Part shown: positions 39,642-49,366 of the stretch, piece after piece
Numbering within the stretch: the stretch's first letter is position 1
How the letters are laid out: each line of letters starts with the position of its first letter
NCBI GenBank assembly: GCA_043747615.1
Contig: JAYTOU010000031.1
Coordinates: 64,001 to 128,000, forward strand
Direction: 5' to 3'
Source of the DNA: Myxococcales bacterium
GTDB lineage: Bacteria > Myxococcota_A > Polyangia > Polyangiales > Polyangiaceae
Length of the DNA: 64,000 nt
Program-made: the position numbers and the translations under genes
The notes under the pieces: model-generated
Seen by the model: the letters and a program-made list of their open reading frames with translations, nothing else
Databases searched by the model: none
What the model was told of the DNA's origin: nothing

Positions 39642-40585
39642 TTTTTTCCGACATCGCAGCGACCGTTGGACGAACGCCGATGGTCGAGCTGCGGCGCATG
39701 GCAGCCGGCCTCCCTGCGCGCATTGCCGTCAAGCTCGAATCGAGGAACCCTTCGGGAAGCGTGAAGGATCGCGTGGCCGTCGCGCTCGTCGAGGACGCAG
39801 AGCGCAAGGGTATTCTCAAGGCCGGCAGCACCATCGTGGAAGCGACGAGCGGCAACACCGGCATTGCCCTGGCTTGCCTCGCCGCTGCGCGCGGCTACCG
39901 CCTCGTCCTCACGATGCCGGAGCGCATGTCGCGCGAACGCGTGGCGCTCCTTCGTTATCTCGGTGTCGAGGTCGTGCTCACCCCGGGCGCGCTCATGAAA
40001 GATGCACGCAGTCGCGCCGTCGAGATTGCGGCGAGCACCCCCGGATCGATCTGCCTCGAACAATTCGACAATCCTGCCAACCCGGAGATCCACCGCCGCA
40101 CCACCGCGGTCGAAATCTGGGACGACACGAACGGCGAAGTCGCGGTCTTCGTTGCGGGTGTGGGAACGGGCGGAACGATCACCGGCGTTGGGGAAGCGCT
40201 CAAGGAACGAAACCCAGCAGTGCGGATCATTGCCGTCGAGCCCGCGAATGCCGCAGTCTTGTCGGGCGGGATCCCGCGCAATCACATGATTCAAGGGATC
40301 GGCGCGGGCTTCATTCCGAACATCTTGAATCGCTCAGTCATCGACGAGGTGATCGCGGTCTCCGAAGACGAGGCCTTCGAGAGCGCGCGCCGCCTCGCCC
40401 GCGAAGAGGGAATTCTCGCTGGGATATCGTCAGGCGCTGCCCTGGCGGCTTCGCTCGCTGTCGCTCGTCGGCCCGAGCTTGCGGGGAAGCTCGTGGTGAC
40501 CCTCGTCTGCGATACCGGCGAGCGCTACGTCAACACGCCACTCATCGCGGAGCTCGTGCGCAGTGGCCCCCCGAGCGGACGCTGA
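39638..40585 (+). CDS. cysK: Cysteine synthase A
   Basis: NPSGSVKDR, EATSGNTG, QFDNPAN, GVGTGGT, IQGIGAG, GISSG, DTGERY. Confidence 0.95.
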   Translation: MIFSDIAATVGRTPMVELRRMAAGLPARIAVKLESRNPSGSVKDRVAVALVEDAERKGILKAGSTIVEATSGNTGIALACLAAARGYRLVLTMPERMSRERVALLRYLGVEVVLTPGALMKDARSRAVEIAASTPGSICLEQFDNPANPEIHRRTTAVEIWDDTNGEVAVFVAGVGTGGTITGVGEALKERNPAVRIIAVEPANAAVLSGGIPRNHMIQGIGAGFIPNILNRSVIDEVIAVSEDEAFESARRLAREEGILAGISSGAALAASLAVARRPELAGKLVVTLVCDTGERYVNTPLIAELVRSGPPSGR

Positions 40586-40654
40586 CGATTTCAGACATGC
40601 GCGCGATCGCGTCGCTCTCCCGAGTTGCACCCCGCCGACACGAGAACGCAAAGG

Positions 40655-41065
40655 TCACCGCCTGGGAGGGCAAACCGTTCCGCAATGTGCCGTTGCGCAT
40701 TCGTCCCACGCCCGAAACACGCCGACGGCATGCGGGTGCTTCTCCGCGCACTCCTTCGGGCAAGCTTCGGCGCCGTCGACCCGGTGGTCGCCGCGCTCTT
40801 CTTCTTCCTCGCCGCATTTTACCGTGCAGTCGTTCAAGTCGATGCACTCGGTCGATGCGTAGCAAGCGTCGAGCGCCGCGCAGCAGCTCGCGGCAATGCA
40901 TGATCCGCAGCTCGGACCGAAAGAGATGCTTCGCTCGCATATGGAAACGGCGGCAGCGGCAGCCACGGGCTCGGACGGGGTGTGTGTGCCGAGATTGGCC
41001 GCAAGGAGCGCTCCGACGACAAAAACGCCGGCGCAGAGTCCAATCGACAGAGCGCGCTCGTTCAT
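40655..41065 (-). CDS. Small membrane-anchored Cys-rich protein
   Basis: N-terminal TM segment, then CGSCIAASCC...C..C...C pattern. Confidence 0.65.
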   Translation of the reverse strand: MNERALSIGLCAGVFVVGALLAANLGTHTPSEPVAAAAAVSICERSISFGPSCGSCIAASCCAALDACYASTECIDLNDCTVKCGEEEEERGDHRVDGAEACPKECAEKHPHAVGVFRAWDECATAHCGTVCPPRR

Positions 41066-41123
41066 CCGACGGATCTTACGCCGCCCCGGTCTCACGTCTC
41101 CTTCGATGTGCTAGAACCCCGGT

Positions 41124-41903
41124 GTGCGTGCCCTACTTGCGCTAGGACCTTTGGCCTTCGGCGCCATGTTCGCGGCGTGCTCCAGTCAGAACACGGTCGT
41201 CATCCACGGCAGTAGTGATGGTGGTGCCATGATGGGCGGCGACGGCGGCACCTCGGGTGGCGACGAAGGCGGGACGGGAAGCGACGGAGGAATGCCCGGC
41301 GTAGACAGCGGCCCTGGCTATACCGGCGGCCCCCTCAGCTGCACCGGTATCGCCGCGGTGGTCAACAACTACAGCGGCTGCGGCATCGAGCGCTGGACGG
41401 TCAAGGTCGGCGAGGACTCACAGGCTGGAGCGATCGCTCTCACGGCGACGGCGACCACCATCACCGCGCTCGCCGCAATGAACGGCGGCCTGGTGTACAG
41501 CAACCCGCCGGCGACTTCGCGCGTCGCGCCCACCGAAAAATCCGTGGTGTTCCTGAAGGACGTGACCGTCGTCTATGCCCGCCTGGAGAGCGACAGCGAC
41601 TACCACCTTGCCATTCAAGACGGGACGTTCCGCACGATGATCGCGGAAGTCCCCTATCCCGGGGCCGCCGGAGTGGGCTGCGTCTCCGGTTCATGGGAAT
41701 GCCTCATCAGTCACGCGCGCGCCGCCGTCGACAAGGCCATCGCCCCGACGACCAACGGCCGTAACCCCGGCGGGATCGCCACGATCGTCGGCGTGCCGTT
41801 CTACGATTTCTCGCACATGCAAGCGTACGAAGCGCCGAACTCGATCGAGCTTCACCCCGTGCTCGCGATTTGCTTCGGCAAGGGCTGCACTCCCGGGCTC
41901 TGA
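41124..41903 (+). CDS. Uncharacterised lipoprotein (CGxERWxVK / ExDxDYH / ELHPV motifs)
   Basis: FAAC lipobox, Gly-rich linker, compact beta-rich domain. Confidence 0.75.
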   Translation: MRALLALGPLAFGAMFAACSSQNTVVIHGSSDGGAMMGGDGGTSGGDEGGTGSDGGMPGVDSGPGYTGGPLSCTGIAAVVNNYSGCGIERWTVKVGEDSQAGAIALTATATTITALAAMNGGLVYSNPPATSRVAPTEKSVVFLKDVTVVYARLESDSDYHLAIQDGTFRTMIAEVPYPGAAGVGCVSGSWECLISHARAAVDKAIAPTTNGRNPGGIATIVGVPFYDFSHMQAYEAPNSIELHPVLAICFGKGCTPGL

Positions 41904-41967
41904 AGCGCTCCGCGGTAGGTCGACCAGCAGGGCAACTGCCCTCGGATTTGCGCAATCACGCGCGATC

Positions 41968-42483
41968 CTAGAGCGAGCCTCCGGAATTCATGGTCTCGCC
42001 GCTGATGTCCGCAGAGGAGGCGCTCGACTGGGCAATCAACTCCACGACGTCGCGTTCGACGCTGTAGGAGTACGAGTCACAAACCTCGCTCGAAGAAATC
42101 CACTCGGCCTCGGCTCCTGAAACGACGAGCAGCTCGTACCTCCGACGCGCGCGAATGGATCCTTCGCCGACATCGAACGTCCAGCGATTGCGTTCGCGTG
42201 TGCCGTCTACTGCGGTCACCACCTCCCACGCCGCGATTCGCCCGGTGCGCGCGTCTTGCTCTCGAAGCTCCCATCCATTCTGAGCCACGTAGCGCTTTAC
42301 TTGAAAAAAGAGCTCTTCCCGATGGCGGGCGACCTGTACGCGTGGTGGATCGTATGCCTTCATCGGCGGGGAAAAGCCGCAGCCACCAAGGACGATTGAT
42401 GCGAGCGCGACGACGTGTAGGGTAGTGATCCGCACGCAGATCAGTACGGTGCGGCCACCGGAGCCTGAAGAGCGCCGCTCCAA
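41968..42483 (-). CDS. Hypothetical lipoprotein
   Basis: LGGC lipobox; start uncertain. Confidence 0.55.
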   Translation of the reverse strand: MERRSSGSGGRTVLICVRITTLHVVALASIVLGGCGFSPPMKAYDPPRVQVARHREELFFQVKRYVAQNGWELREQDARTGRIAAWEVVTAVDGTRERNRWTFDVGEGSIRARRRYELLVVSGAEAEWISSSEVCDSYSYSVERDVVELIAQSSASSADISGETMNSGGSL

Positions 42484-42599
42484 GTTGGTGGCAGGACCTC
42501 CCCCGTGTGCGGTTCGCTCTCACCGGAGACCCATCGCGCTGAGCGCCCACGGCTCGCGAGATCTCTTGTGACTGGAGCCAGCGGGTAGCAGAATGACCC

Positions 42600-42842
42600 A
42601 TGAGAAATTGGGGGGCCGCATGCGCTGCGGCGTGCGTCGCGCTCGCTGGGTGCAGCGGCGACGAGGCTGTGGCCGTGCCTTTGCCGCAGTCGCCCGGGGC
42701 GTTTGCTTCTCGATTCATCGCGCGAAAGCTGCCGCCGGGCGACGCCTTGTCGAGGGTCTTGCGCCCTGCGGATTCATGGCCCGTCGCGGCTTCGAGACAT
42801 CGCGCTCTGCGGTTACGCGCCGTGACTTCGACGCCGGAGTAG
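42600..42842 (+). CDS. Short or truncated lipoprotein
   Basis: MRNWGAACAAACVALAGC has a canonical LAGC lipobox, but the ORF is only 80 aa. Confidence 0.35.
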   Translation: MRNWGAACAAACVALAGCSGDEAVAVPLPQSPGAFASRFIARKLPPGDALSRVLRPADSWPVAASRHRALRLRAVTSTPE

Positions 42843-42846
42843 AGAT

Positions 42847-44157
42847 TCACGCGAGCGCGGCTTTGATCACCGCGCCCGAGCTGATCTGGGAGCTCACGGT
42901 GGCAGCGTCTATCCCCACGGCGGTGAGGGCCGTCTTGCCGAAGGACGCGAGCGTACCGATGGCCGCGATGTCGCCGCTGGGATCGCCCGCTCCGCTATTC
43001 GAATTGATCGGCAAGGCGCCGTAATCGTTTTGCACCTTCGTCACACCGCCGATGACGCCGCCCTTGAACGGCTTTCCGATGGCGATCGACACCTGATGAT
43101 TTTGATTGTGCTGGCGTCCGTTGTTGTTGCTCGGTCCCATCGTCCGACCAAAGACGTTGAGGGACAGGAAAGTGACGTTGTCGGCGAGCTGTGCGGCCGC
43201 GAGCTGGGCCAAGAGGGACACGATTGTCTGCACGCCGGTGACGGTCTGCGTCGTCTCGGCGGCGAGCCCCGGGTCACCGTGGTTGTCCCCCCCGAAGGGA
43301 ATGTGCACTGCGACCACGGGAGAGACACCCATTTGAATCAAGGTGATTGCCGCGAGAATTTGCGAGGCCGGACTGTTGTCTTTGATCGACGCGAGCGCGG
43401 CGAGGAGGTCCTGCCTTATGCCTCGCACTTGCGCCTGAGACGTCACCATCGAATCGAGATACGCCTTTTGCCCGGGGCTCGCGCTGGTTCGGTAAATTCC
43501 GTACATCGAGTTGAGGGTGTCGTCGCGAAGCTTCTGCAGGTTGGTGAGCCCGCCGGCGGGATTGGTCAGCGTTGCACGGAGAGAGAGCGGCGGAATCGAC
43601 GGCAGAGGCGCGCCCCCGTAGGTGATCGTTTCGCTTGGGGTCGTGGCACCGACGGAGATCGGCTGCGTCTGCACGGTCTTCAAACAAGGAGCGAGCAGCC
43701 TGGCGAGCACCGACGGAAACATTTCTTGGCCCGCGACCGCCCCCTGGAGCTTGAGAACGTCTGGCTCGTGCGGGTGAACGGGCGTGTTCGTCATCACATG
43801 AAAAAAGCAGGTTCGATCGAGCGCGCCTTGGGGCAATGTCGCCCAGGGAGCAGCGGCCGTGTGCGACGTCCCCCGGATCATGAGCGGCGTCGGCTTCATC
43901 AGAGGATCACTGCTGTGGACGATGCCGGGGTCTTCGTAGGTGCCGGGCACGTTGCAGTTGATCGGATCGCCATTTCCGGACGTGTTGAGAATGATGAATT
44001 GCGGCGACGCGCACGAAGGCGCAGCGGGCGTATCTGCCAAGGCTTTCCTTGGGTTCAAGAGAAAAGAAACCGGCAATCCCGTGGCGAGCGCGCGCAGGCC
44101 GAGGAGCCCGCTCCCACACAAGATCGAAGTCAGTGCGTCGCGACGATTGATTCCCAT
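42847..44157 (-). CDS. DUF1501-like Tat-exported protein (copy A)
   Basis: INRRDAL twin-arginine signal, GGDNH, FGRT...GRQH, GGVIG. Confidence 0.75.
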   Translation of the reverse strand: MGINRRDALTSILCGSGLLGLRALATGLPVSFLLNPRKALADTPAAPSCASPQFIILNTSGNGDPINCNVPGTYEDPGIVHSSDPLMKPTPLMIRGTSHTAAAPWATLPQGALDRTCFFHVMTNTPVHPHEPDVLKLQGAVAGQEMFPSVLARLLAPCLKTVQTQPISVGATTPSETITYGGAPLPSIPPLSLRATLTNPAGGLTNLQKLRDDTLNSMYGIYRTSASPGQKAYLDSMVTSQAQVRGIRQDLLAALASIKDNSPASQILAAITLIQMGVSPVVAVHIPFGGDNHGDPGLAAETTQTVTGVQTIVSLLAQLAAAQLADNVTFLSLNVFGRTMGPSNNNGRQHNQNHQVSIAIGKPFKGGVIGGVTKVQNDYGALPINSNSGAGDPSGDIAAIGTLASFGKTALTAVGIDAATVSSQISSGAVIKAALA

Positions 44158-44168
44158 GGAAGCTCTCC

Positions 44169-46265
44169 TCACATTCCCAAGCCGGTCACGGAGGGTGACA
44201 AGCACGCGACGACGAATGTCGACTTGAGAGCATCCGTCGCGCTCCCGCCCTGCGCTTTTGCGTCCCCAAAATGCTTCGTCAGCAGTGTCACCATCTGAGG
44301 GTTGCGAGCGTCCGAAGGCGGAAGGCCCATGAGATCCTGCACGAAGCTCGCGATCGCTCGATCGGGCTGAGCGCTCGCGTATTGCTTCGCCCCCGCAATC
44401 TGTGCCCCCACTGCGACGTCGACGATCGACTGGGCCACCGCCGCGCAAATGTTCTCGACGCCGGCGCGGAAAAAGAGCGTCGGCGCGTTTGGCAAAATAG
44501 GAATGGGTGCGCCGCGCCCGTAGCCGTCGGATGGGAGGCCAGAGGCGATCGCCACGATGTCGGAGACCTTTCCTCTTGGGCTCACCACGTCGAGCCCGCA
44601 CACGTCCGTCAGTCCGAGCCGGTTGTTGAGCGCCGCACACAGGTGGTCGCGCCGCGATAGGGGAACGAGCTCGCCCTCTTCTGCGACCGTCTTCGACTGC
44701 GTTGCGTTCGTGGTGATAGGCGACGAAAGAAGCTCGCGAAGGAGGGTGCTCCATGAATACTTGGAGGCCTTGAAGTTGCCCACGATCCGTTGAAACTCCG
44801 GGTCGTCCACCGCGCACGGCTGCGAGTTGACGTAGTAACAAAGCTTCTCTGCCCAGGCTTGGGCGAACGCAGGATGACCTGCGAGCACGTTTGCGAAATC
44901 GGTCGCCGTGCTGACGGGCTGAATCACTCCTTGAAATGCGAAGAGCCCTTTTTGCTTCTGGACCGCGGGGTTGCTCTGCCCGCCGTACCCGTTCGAATAG
45001 ATGCTCTGAAGGATCGCGCGCGAAGGGTCGAGCGTCTGGTGGCAACCGAAGCACGCGCTTCCCGCAGCGGTGTGGGCGGTGTCGAGCCCCGGAGGGTTCG
45101 AGCCGCTCGTCGTGCCGTCGGTCCCGTCGACGGACATGCCCGTTGTCACGATGAACGTCTGATTGATGGTGACGCGCATCTGGTTGCTGGTGTTCGTCTG
45201 CCAGTTGGCAAAGTACGCCGGCGTACTGAAAAAGCCGACCCTCGGAGTGGCCAAGACCAGCTCGTTCAGCGTTCGCAGCGCGGACACATCGTAGAAAGCA
45301 GTCGGCGCCTCGCCCGCAGCCGGCTGACGAATCTTCACCATCTTCCACGCGCTGAAATCCTCCGTCGTGAACTGAGCCTCGGTGGCTTTGCCGGCCATGC
45401 TCCCGCACGGCGAGCCAGCAGGGCTCCTGTAATTGGCGAGGCTCCCGTAGATCAGAAAGTGGATCGTGTGCGCGTTCGCAGGGTACGTCCGTGGATCCGC
45501 GTTGCAGTCTGGGTAGAGTGTTTTTGCTGTCCCCAGGTCCGGATAGTAAAAACGTAGGTAGTTCGTATTCGAGGGCGCCGGGTCGATCGAATCGGCAAAC
45601 GCAATGGGCCCCGCAGACGCTTCGACCGTAATGGTCTTGGCAGGGTTGGCTGCCTTGAAGTGGTCGTTGACCGACTCGTCGTCGTTGACCTGGTTCGCGT
45701 CGAGAAACGCGTAAAGCTCCATCAGCGGGGGCGTCATCATGAGCTCGTCGGTCGTGAGCGCGGTGGTGAGCGGATCCCCCTGAGAGCTGCGAGCGAGCAT
45801 CGTGCGCGCAAAGCTCTCCTTCACGTTCTGAATCAGGAGCGGGGTGAGCGGTGAGACGCCGATGGATCCGCCCTGCGGGATCATCTGCGAAAAATCTACG
45901 TTCGAGATTTGCGTCTGCTGAAATGCGAGCTCGAAGAAGACGAGCATTTTTGCCTTGTACGCGGCCACGAACTCGGGGCTGGTCATCCACTGATCGATGA
46001 GGTCGGCCAGCTTGGTTGGGTCGGCGGTCACCGCCTGCACTTCTGCATCCGTCGGACCGAGCCCGGTGAGCACGTTTTTCACCTTCGCGACGTACACGCT
46101 CGGAGGATCCGCTTGAAACGGGAGCCCTCCGTCGGCGTCCGCCGGCTTGGGGGCACCTTGGGGACCGCCGGAATAGCAGGCTGCGGCGCTCGTCCCGACG
46201 AGCGCAGCGAACGCGAAGAGCGCGAAGAGGGCAGACTGACTTCGGGGGCGGAGGATTCGTCGCAT
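44169..46265 (-). CDS. DUF1549/1588/1585-like heme lipoprotein (copy A)
   Basis: AAAC lipobox, GFFSTPAY..W.TN.SN.MR, CFGCHQTLDP, F..S.Y....LLRELLSSP. Confidence 0.72.
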   Translation of the reverse strand: MRRILRPRSQSALFALFAFAALVGTSAAACYSGGPQGAPKPADADGGLPFQADPPSVYVAKVKNVLTGLGPTDAEVQAVTADPTKLADLIDQWMTSPEFVAAYKAKMLVFFELAFQQTQISNVDFSQMIPQGGSIGVSPLTPLLIQNVKESFARTMLARSSQGDPLTTALTTDELMMTPPLMELYAFLDANQVNDDESVNDHFKAANPAKTITVEASAGPIAFADSIDPAPSNTNYLRFYYPDLGTAKTLYPDCNADPRTYPANAHTIHFLIYGSLANYRSPAGSPCGSMAGKATEAQFTTEDFSAWKMVKIRQPAAGEAPTAFYDVSALRTLNELVLATPRVGFFSTPAYFANWQTNTSNQMRVTINQTFIVTTGMSVDGTDGTTSGSNPPGLDTAHTAAGSACFGCHQTLDPSRAILQSIYSNGYGGQSNPAVQKQKGLFAFQGVIQPVSTATDFANVLAGHPAFAQAWAEKLCYYVNSQPCAVDDPEFQRIVGNFKASKYSWSTLLRELLSSPITTNATQSKTVAEEGELVPLSRRDHLCAALNNRLGLTDVCGLDVVSPRGKVSDIVAIASGLPSDGYGRGAPIPILPNAPTLFFRAGVENICAAVAQSIVDVAVGAQIAGAKQYASAQPDRAIASFVQDLMGLPPSDARNPQMVTLLTKHFGDAKAQGGSATDALKSTFVVACLSPSVTGLGM

Positions 46266-46495
46266 CGGGTGCCTCGGTTTGCTCCAGTCAGCAAGGTACG
46301 GGCCGCGCCCGTCGCTCGTTGATTCTGCAGAAAACCAATCGGATGACACCCCGCGCGCGTGGACCGGCGGGCGTCCAGGCCCGAACCTGCGCGGGTCCGG
46401 GACAGTTCGTCACGAGGTGAGTGGATCTGCCAGAAGATCGCCGAGCGCGTCACGAAACTCGAACGGCGCAAGACGTGCTAACCCCGCATCATCTC

Positions 46496-47734
46496 ATGCC
46501 GCCTGCCGCGTCTCGGTTTCTCATCGCACTGGCGATCGTGCTCGCCCTCGTCGCGGTGACGGCGCGTGCCGAGGCATACCCGTGGATGCTGCGTCACGGC
46601 TATTCAGGATGCGCGAATTGCCACGCGGACCCGTCGGGGGGCGGCCTCCTCACGACCCGCGGACGTATCGCGGGCGACCTTCTCTTGCGCATGCCGTACG
46701 CGCGTCCTCCCGAAGAAGCAGGCAGAGCCGCGGGATTTTTATTCGGCGCCGCGAAGCTCCCTCCAGGCGTGCTCCTTGGTGGCGATCTTCGTGAGGCGGC
46801 GCTCTTCGTCAAGCCCGCAGGCCAGCCCGCGACCACAGATGTTTTCTTGATGCAGGGCGACGTCTCCGGGCAAGCGACGGTGAGCCGGGTACGCGCAAAC
46901 GCGAGCGTTGGCTTCGCGCAAAAGGGGGCGCTCCCCGCGTCGCTCACCACAGGCACCAAGAACAACGTGGTCTCGCGCGTCCACTGGATCGGGATCGATC
47001 TCGGCGACGAGAAACAATTTCTCGTCCGCGCCGGAAGAATGAATCTGCCGTTTGGTCTCCGGTCGGTCGAGCACGTGGCCTGGACGCGCACGTTCACGCG
47101 CACGGACGCGAACCAGGATCAGCAGCACGGCGCGGCGTTCGCCTGGAACCTCGATGAGTGGCGCGGTGAGGTAATGGCGATCGCCGGGAACTTCCAAGAG
47201 CGCCCCGATGCCTTCCGTGAGCGCGGCTACAGCGGCTACCTCGAGTGGGATCCCGTGCCTAAATTCACGGTCGGCGCCAGCAGTCTCATCACCCACGCGA
47301 GCCGCGGTCTCGACCCCAATGGCGTTCCCCTCATCGCGGATCTCATTCGCCAGGCGCACGGGCTCTTCTTGCGGTACGCGCCGGCAATGCCTCTCGTTCT
47401 CTCCTTGGAAGGCGACGTCTTGTACGACTCGCAACCGGCGAGCGCCGCAACGGGAGCGATCAACGGCGCGGGCCTCGTCAACCACCTTCAGGCTGATTTC
47501 GAGCCGATCCAGGGACTGCACTTCGTTGCCATCGGTGAGCTGCTCGATCGAAAGTCAGACCTTGCCAGTGCGACCGGCGGCACGTCGCCATGGCTCCGCG
47601 GGTGGGGCGTCATCGATTGGTTCTTCGCTCCCCATGCCGACGTGCGCGTCGACGCTATCTACGAGTCGGATGCCATGGGCGGGCAGCGAATCGGCATAAC
47701 CACTCTTCTCGGACAGATCCATGCGTACCTCTAG
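46496..47734 (+). CDS. Monoheme cytochrome-porin fusion (Cyc2-like architecture)
   Basis: Signal peptide AEA-YPWMLRHGYSGCANCHADPSGGG, then beta-barrel strands (GRMNLPFG) and C-terminal QIHAYL. Confidence 0.72.
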   Translation: MPPAASRFLIALAIVLALVAVTARAEAYPWMLRHGYSGCANCHADPSGGGLLTTRGRIAGDLLLRMPYARPPEEAGRAAGFLFGAAKLPPGVLLGGDLREAALFVKPAGQPATTDVFLMQGDVSGQATVSRVRANASVGFAQKGALPASLTTGTKNNVVSRVHWIGIDLGDEKQFLVRAGRMNLPFGLRSVEHVAWTRTFTRTDANQDQQHGAAFAWNLDEWRGEVMAIAGNFQERPDAFRERGYSGYLEWDPVPKFTVGASSLITHASRGLDPNGVPLIADLIRQAHGLFLRYAPAMPLVLSLEGDVLYDSQPASAATGAINGAGLVNHLQADFEPIQGLHFVAIGELLDRKSDLASATGGTSPWLRGWGVIDWFFAPHADVRVDAIYESDAMGGQRIGITTLLGQIHAYL

Positions 47735-48224
47735 GGCGGCGAGCGCACTGTTCGTGTTCACCCTTGCGGGAGCCGCGCGCGCGACTCCGAATTTTCCGCC
47801 GGCGATCCAGCAGCAGCTCTCCTTGGCCGCGGAGCCGCACTGCGCGATCTGTCACAGCGACGGAGACAAGGGCGGGCTAGGCACGGTCAACACGCCGTTC
47901 GGAAGGAACATGCGCCAGCGCGGCCTCGTTCACTTCGACACGAACGCTCTCAAGAATGCGCTCGATCAAATGAAGGTCGGACACGTCAACAGTGCGGGCG
48001 ACTGCCTCGACGACGTCGACGAGCTGAAAGCCGGTCGCGATCCGAACGTGCCCGACCCCACCTGCCCCGACGGAGGTGGCGGGATGATCACGCCGACCGA
48101 GAGCGACGGCCCGCTCTACGGCTGCGGAGTCGCCCGTCGCCAAGAAAGAACGCGCGAGATGCCGGTGGTGGTTTTTTTTGCGGCGACAATCCTACTTCTT
48201 AGGCGCCGCCGTTTTCGCAGGTGA
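47721..48224 (+). CDS. Small monoheme cytochrome c with MYXO-CTERM-like anchor
   Basis: Signal peptide, CAICH...TPFG, C-terminal YGC...hydrophobic...RRRRFRR. Confidence 0.78.
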   Translation: MRTSRAASALFVFTLAGAARATPNFPPAIQQQLSLAAEPHCAICHSDGDKGGLGTVNTPFGRNMRQRGLVHFDTNALKNALDQMKVGHVNSAGDCLDDVDELKAGRDPNVPDPTCPDGGGGMITPTESDGPLYGCGVARRQERTREMPVVVFFAATILLLRRRRFRR

Positions 48225-49268
48225 AGTCGCTGGCGCCGCGGGCTGAGCCGCGTGCTTCGCTTGAAGCGCTTTCGATTCGTTCTCGAGGCGTCTGGCAGCA
48301 TGGCCGATGATGGGAAGGAGCCGCCCTCTCTCCGACAGCTGACCTTCGTCGGCGCGTAGCTTCTCGGCGAGCCCTTGGTAGATACCGGCCCACCCGAGGC
48401 CAAGCCGATCGGCAGGAACCTTCACCGAATCGGCGACGGGATGGCCCGCGCCTTTCGCGACGGCGTCGACGTACTTGACCCACGTTCCCGGCACGAGGGG
48501 CTTACCCGCGTCCTCGGGGACGGCGGGCGGTTGCACGGCAAAGAGAAGCGCGAAGGGCCCGCTGGCGGCGAAGATCTTCATGTGCCGGGGCAAGGCGAGG
48601 GCGATCTGAGCGCGCTCGATCGCGGTCATTACGCCGAGCGCGTGGGCGTCCGCTTTCAGCGCGCCGGCATCGAGCGAAATCAGCGCGGAGAGCGCGTCGA
48701 TCTTCTTCAACGGCGCGACGGCCCCGGCCTCGTCGGCGGTAAGCTTCTCCTTTTCCTGCTCGCTCTCCTGCGCCTTCAAATCATGCTTGATACGATCTCC
48801 GGCTCGACGCGCGTACATGAGCTCGCGCTGCGCCGCCGCAAAAGATTTCACGATCGCGACGAGTGCGTCCTTGTTGGGGGCCTCTTTTTCGTCGGCGATG
48901 GCTTTCGAGGAGACCTTCGCGGCCACGTCGGCGACCGCCGCGTCTTCGTAGGCGCGCAGCTGCTCGAGATGCGCCTTGTCGTCGGAGCCGTACACGCGCT
49001 TCACGACGTCCATGCACGTCGCCTCGGTGGTGACCTTGTCGCCCCAGACTCCGCCAAACCAACACGCGGTCGCCAGCATCGTGAGATCGTGCGCGCTGTC
49101 GCCCACGTTCGGCATCGCCTTGGAGACCGGGGTGGTTGGGGCCGCGGTGGTCGCTCCGGTCGATGGCGGAGGAGCGCTCGCTGCACCGCCGCAAGCGGCC
49201 ACGAAACACGTGAGGACAGGCATCAGCAAGTGCTTTGACCCAACAAGGGAGAACGGCTGTCGATTCAT
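48192..49268 (-). CDS. Helical hypothetical lipoprotein
   Basis: VAAC lipobox, Ala/Lys-rich helical body. Confidence 0.7.
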   Translation of the reverse strand: MNRQPFSLVGSKHLLMPVLTCFVAACGGAASAPPPSTGATTAAPTTPVSKAMPNVGDSAHDLTMLATACWFGGVWGDKVTTEATCMDVVKRVYGSDDKAHLEQLRAYEDAAVADVAAKVSSKAIADEKEAPNKDALVAIVKSFAAAQRELMYARRAGDRIKHDLKAQESEQEKEKLTADEAGAVAPLKKIDALSALISLDAGALKADAHALGVMTAIERAQIALALPRHMKIFAASGPFALLFAVQPPAVPEDAGKPLVPGTWVKYVDAVAKGAGHPVADSVKVPADRLGLGWAGIYQGLAEKLRADEGQLSERGRLLPIIGHAARRLENESKALQAKHAAQPAAPATSPAKTAAPKK

Positions 49269-49366
49269 CGAAACCTCCTGGCTCTGAGCCACGCGATTGA
49301 TTACGGCTCCGCAAGTCGCATGGGAATCGCCTGCGAGCAAGCCGTCTAGCTTCCCTCATCTCGCCA

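Noticed and set aside
42847..45990. 1047-aa ORF as a fusion protein
   Set aside because: The first ~610 codons overlap gene 44169-46265 in another frame; the real gene starts at ATG 44157 after a GGAGAG RBS
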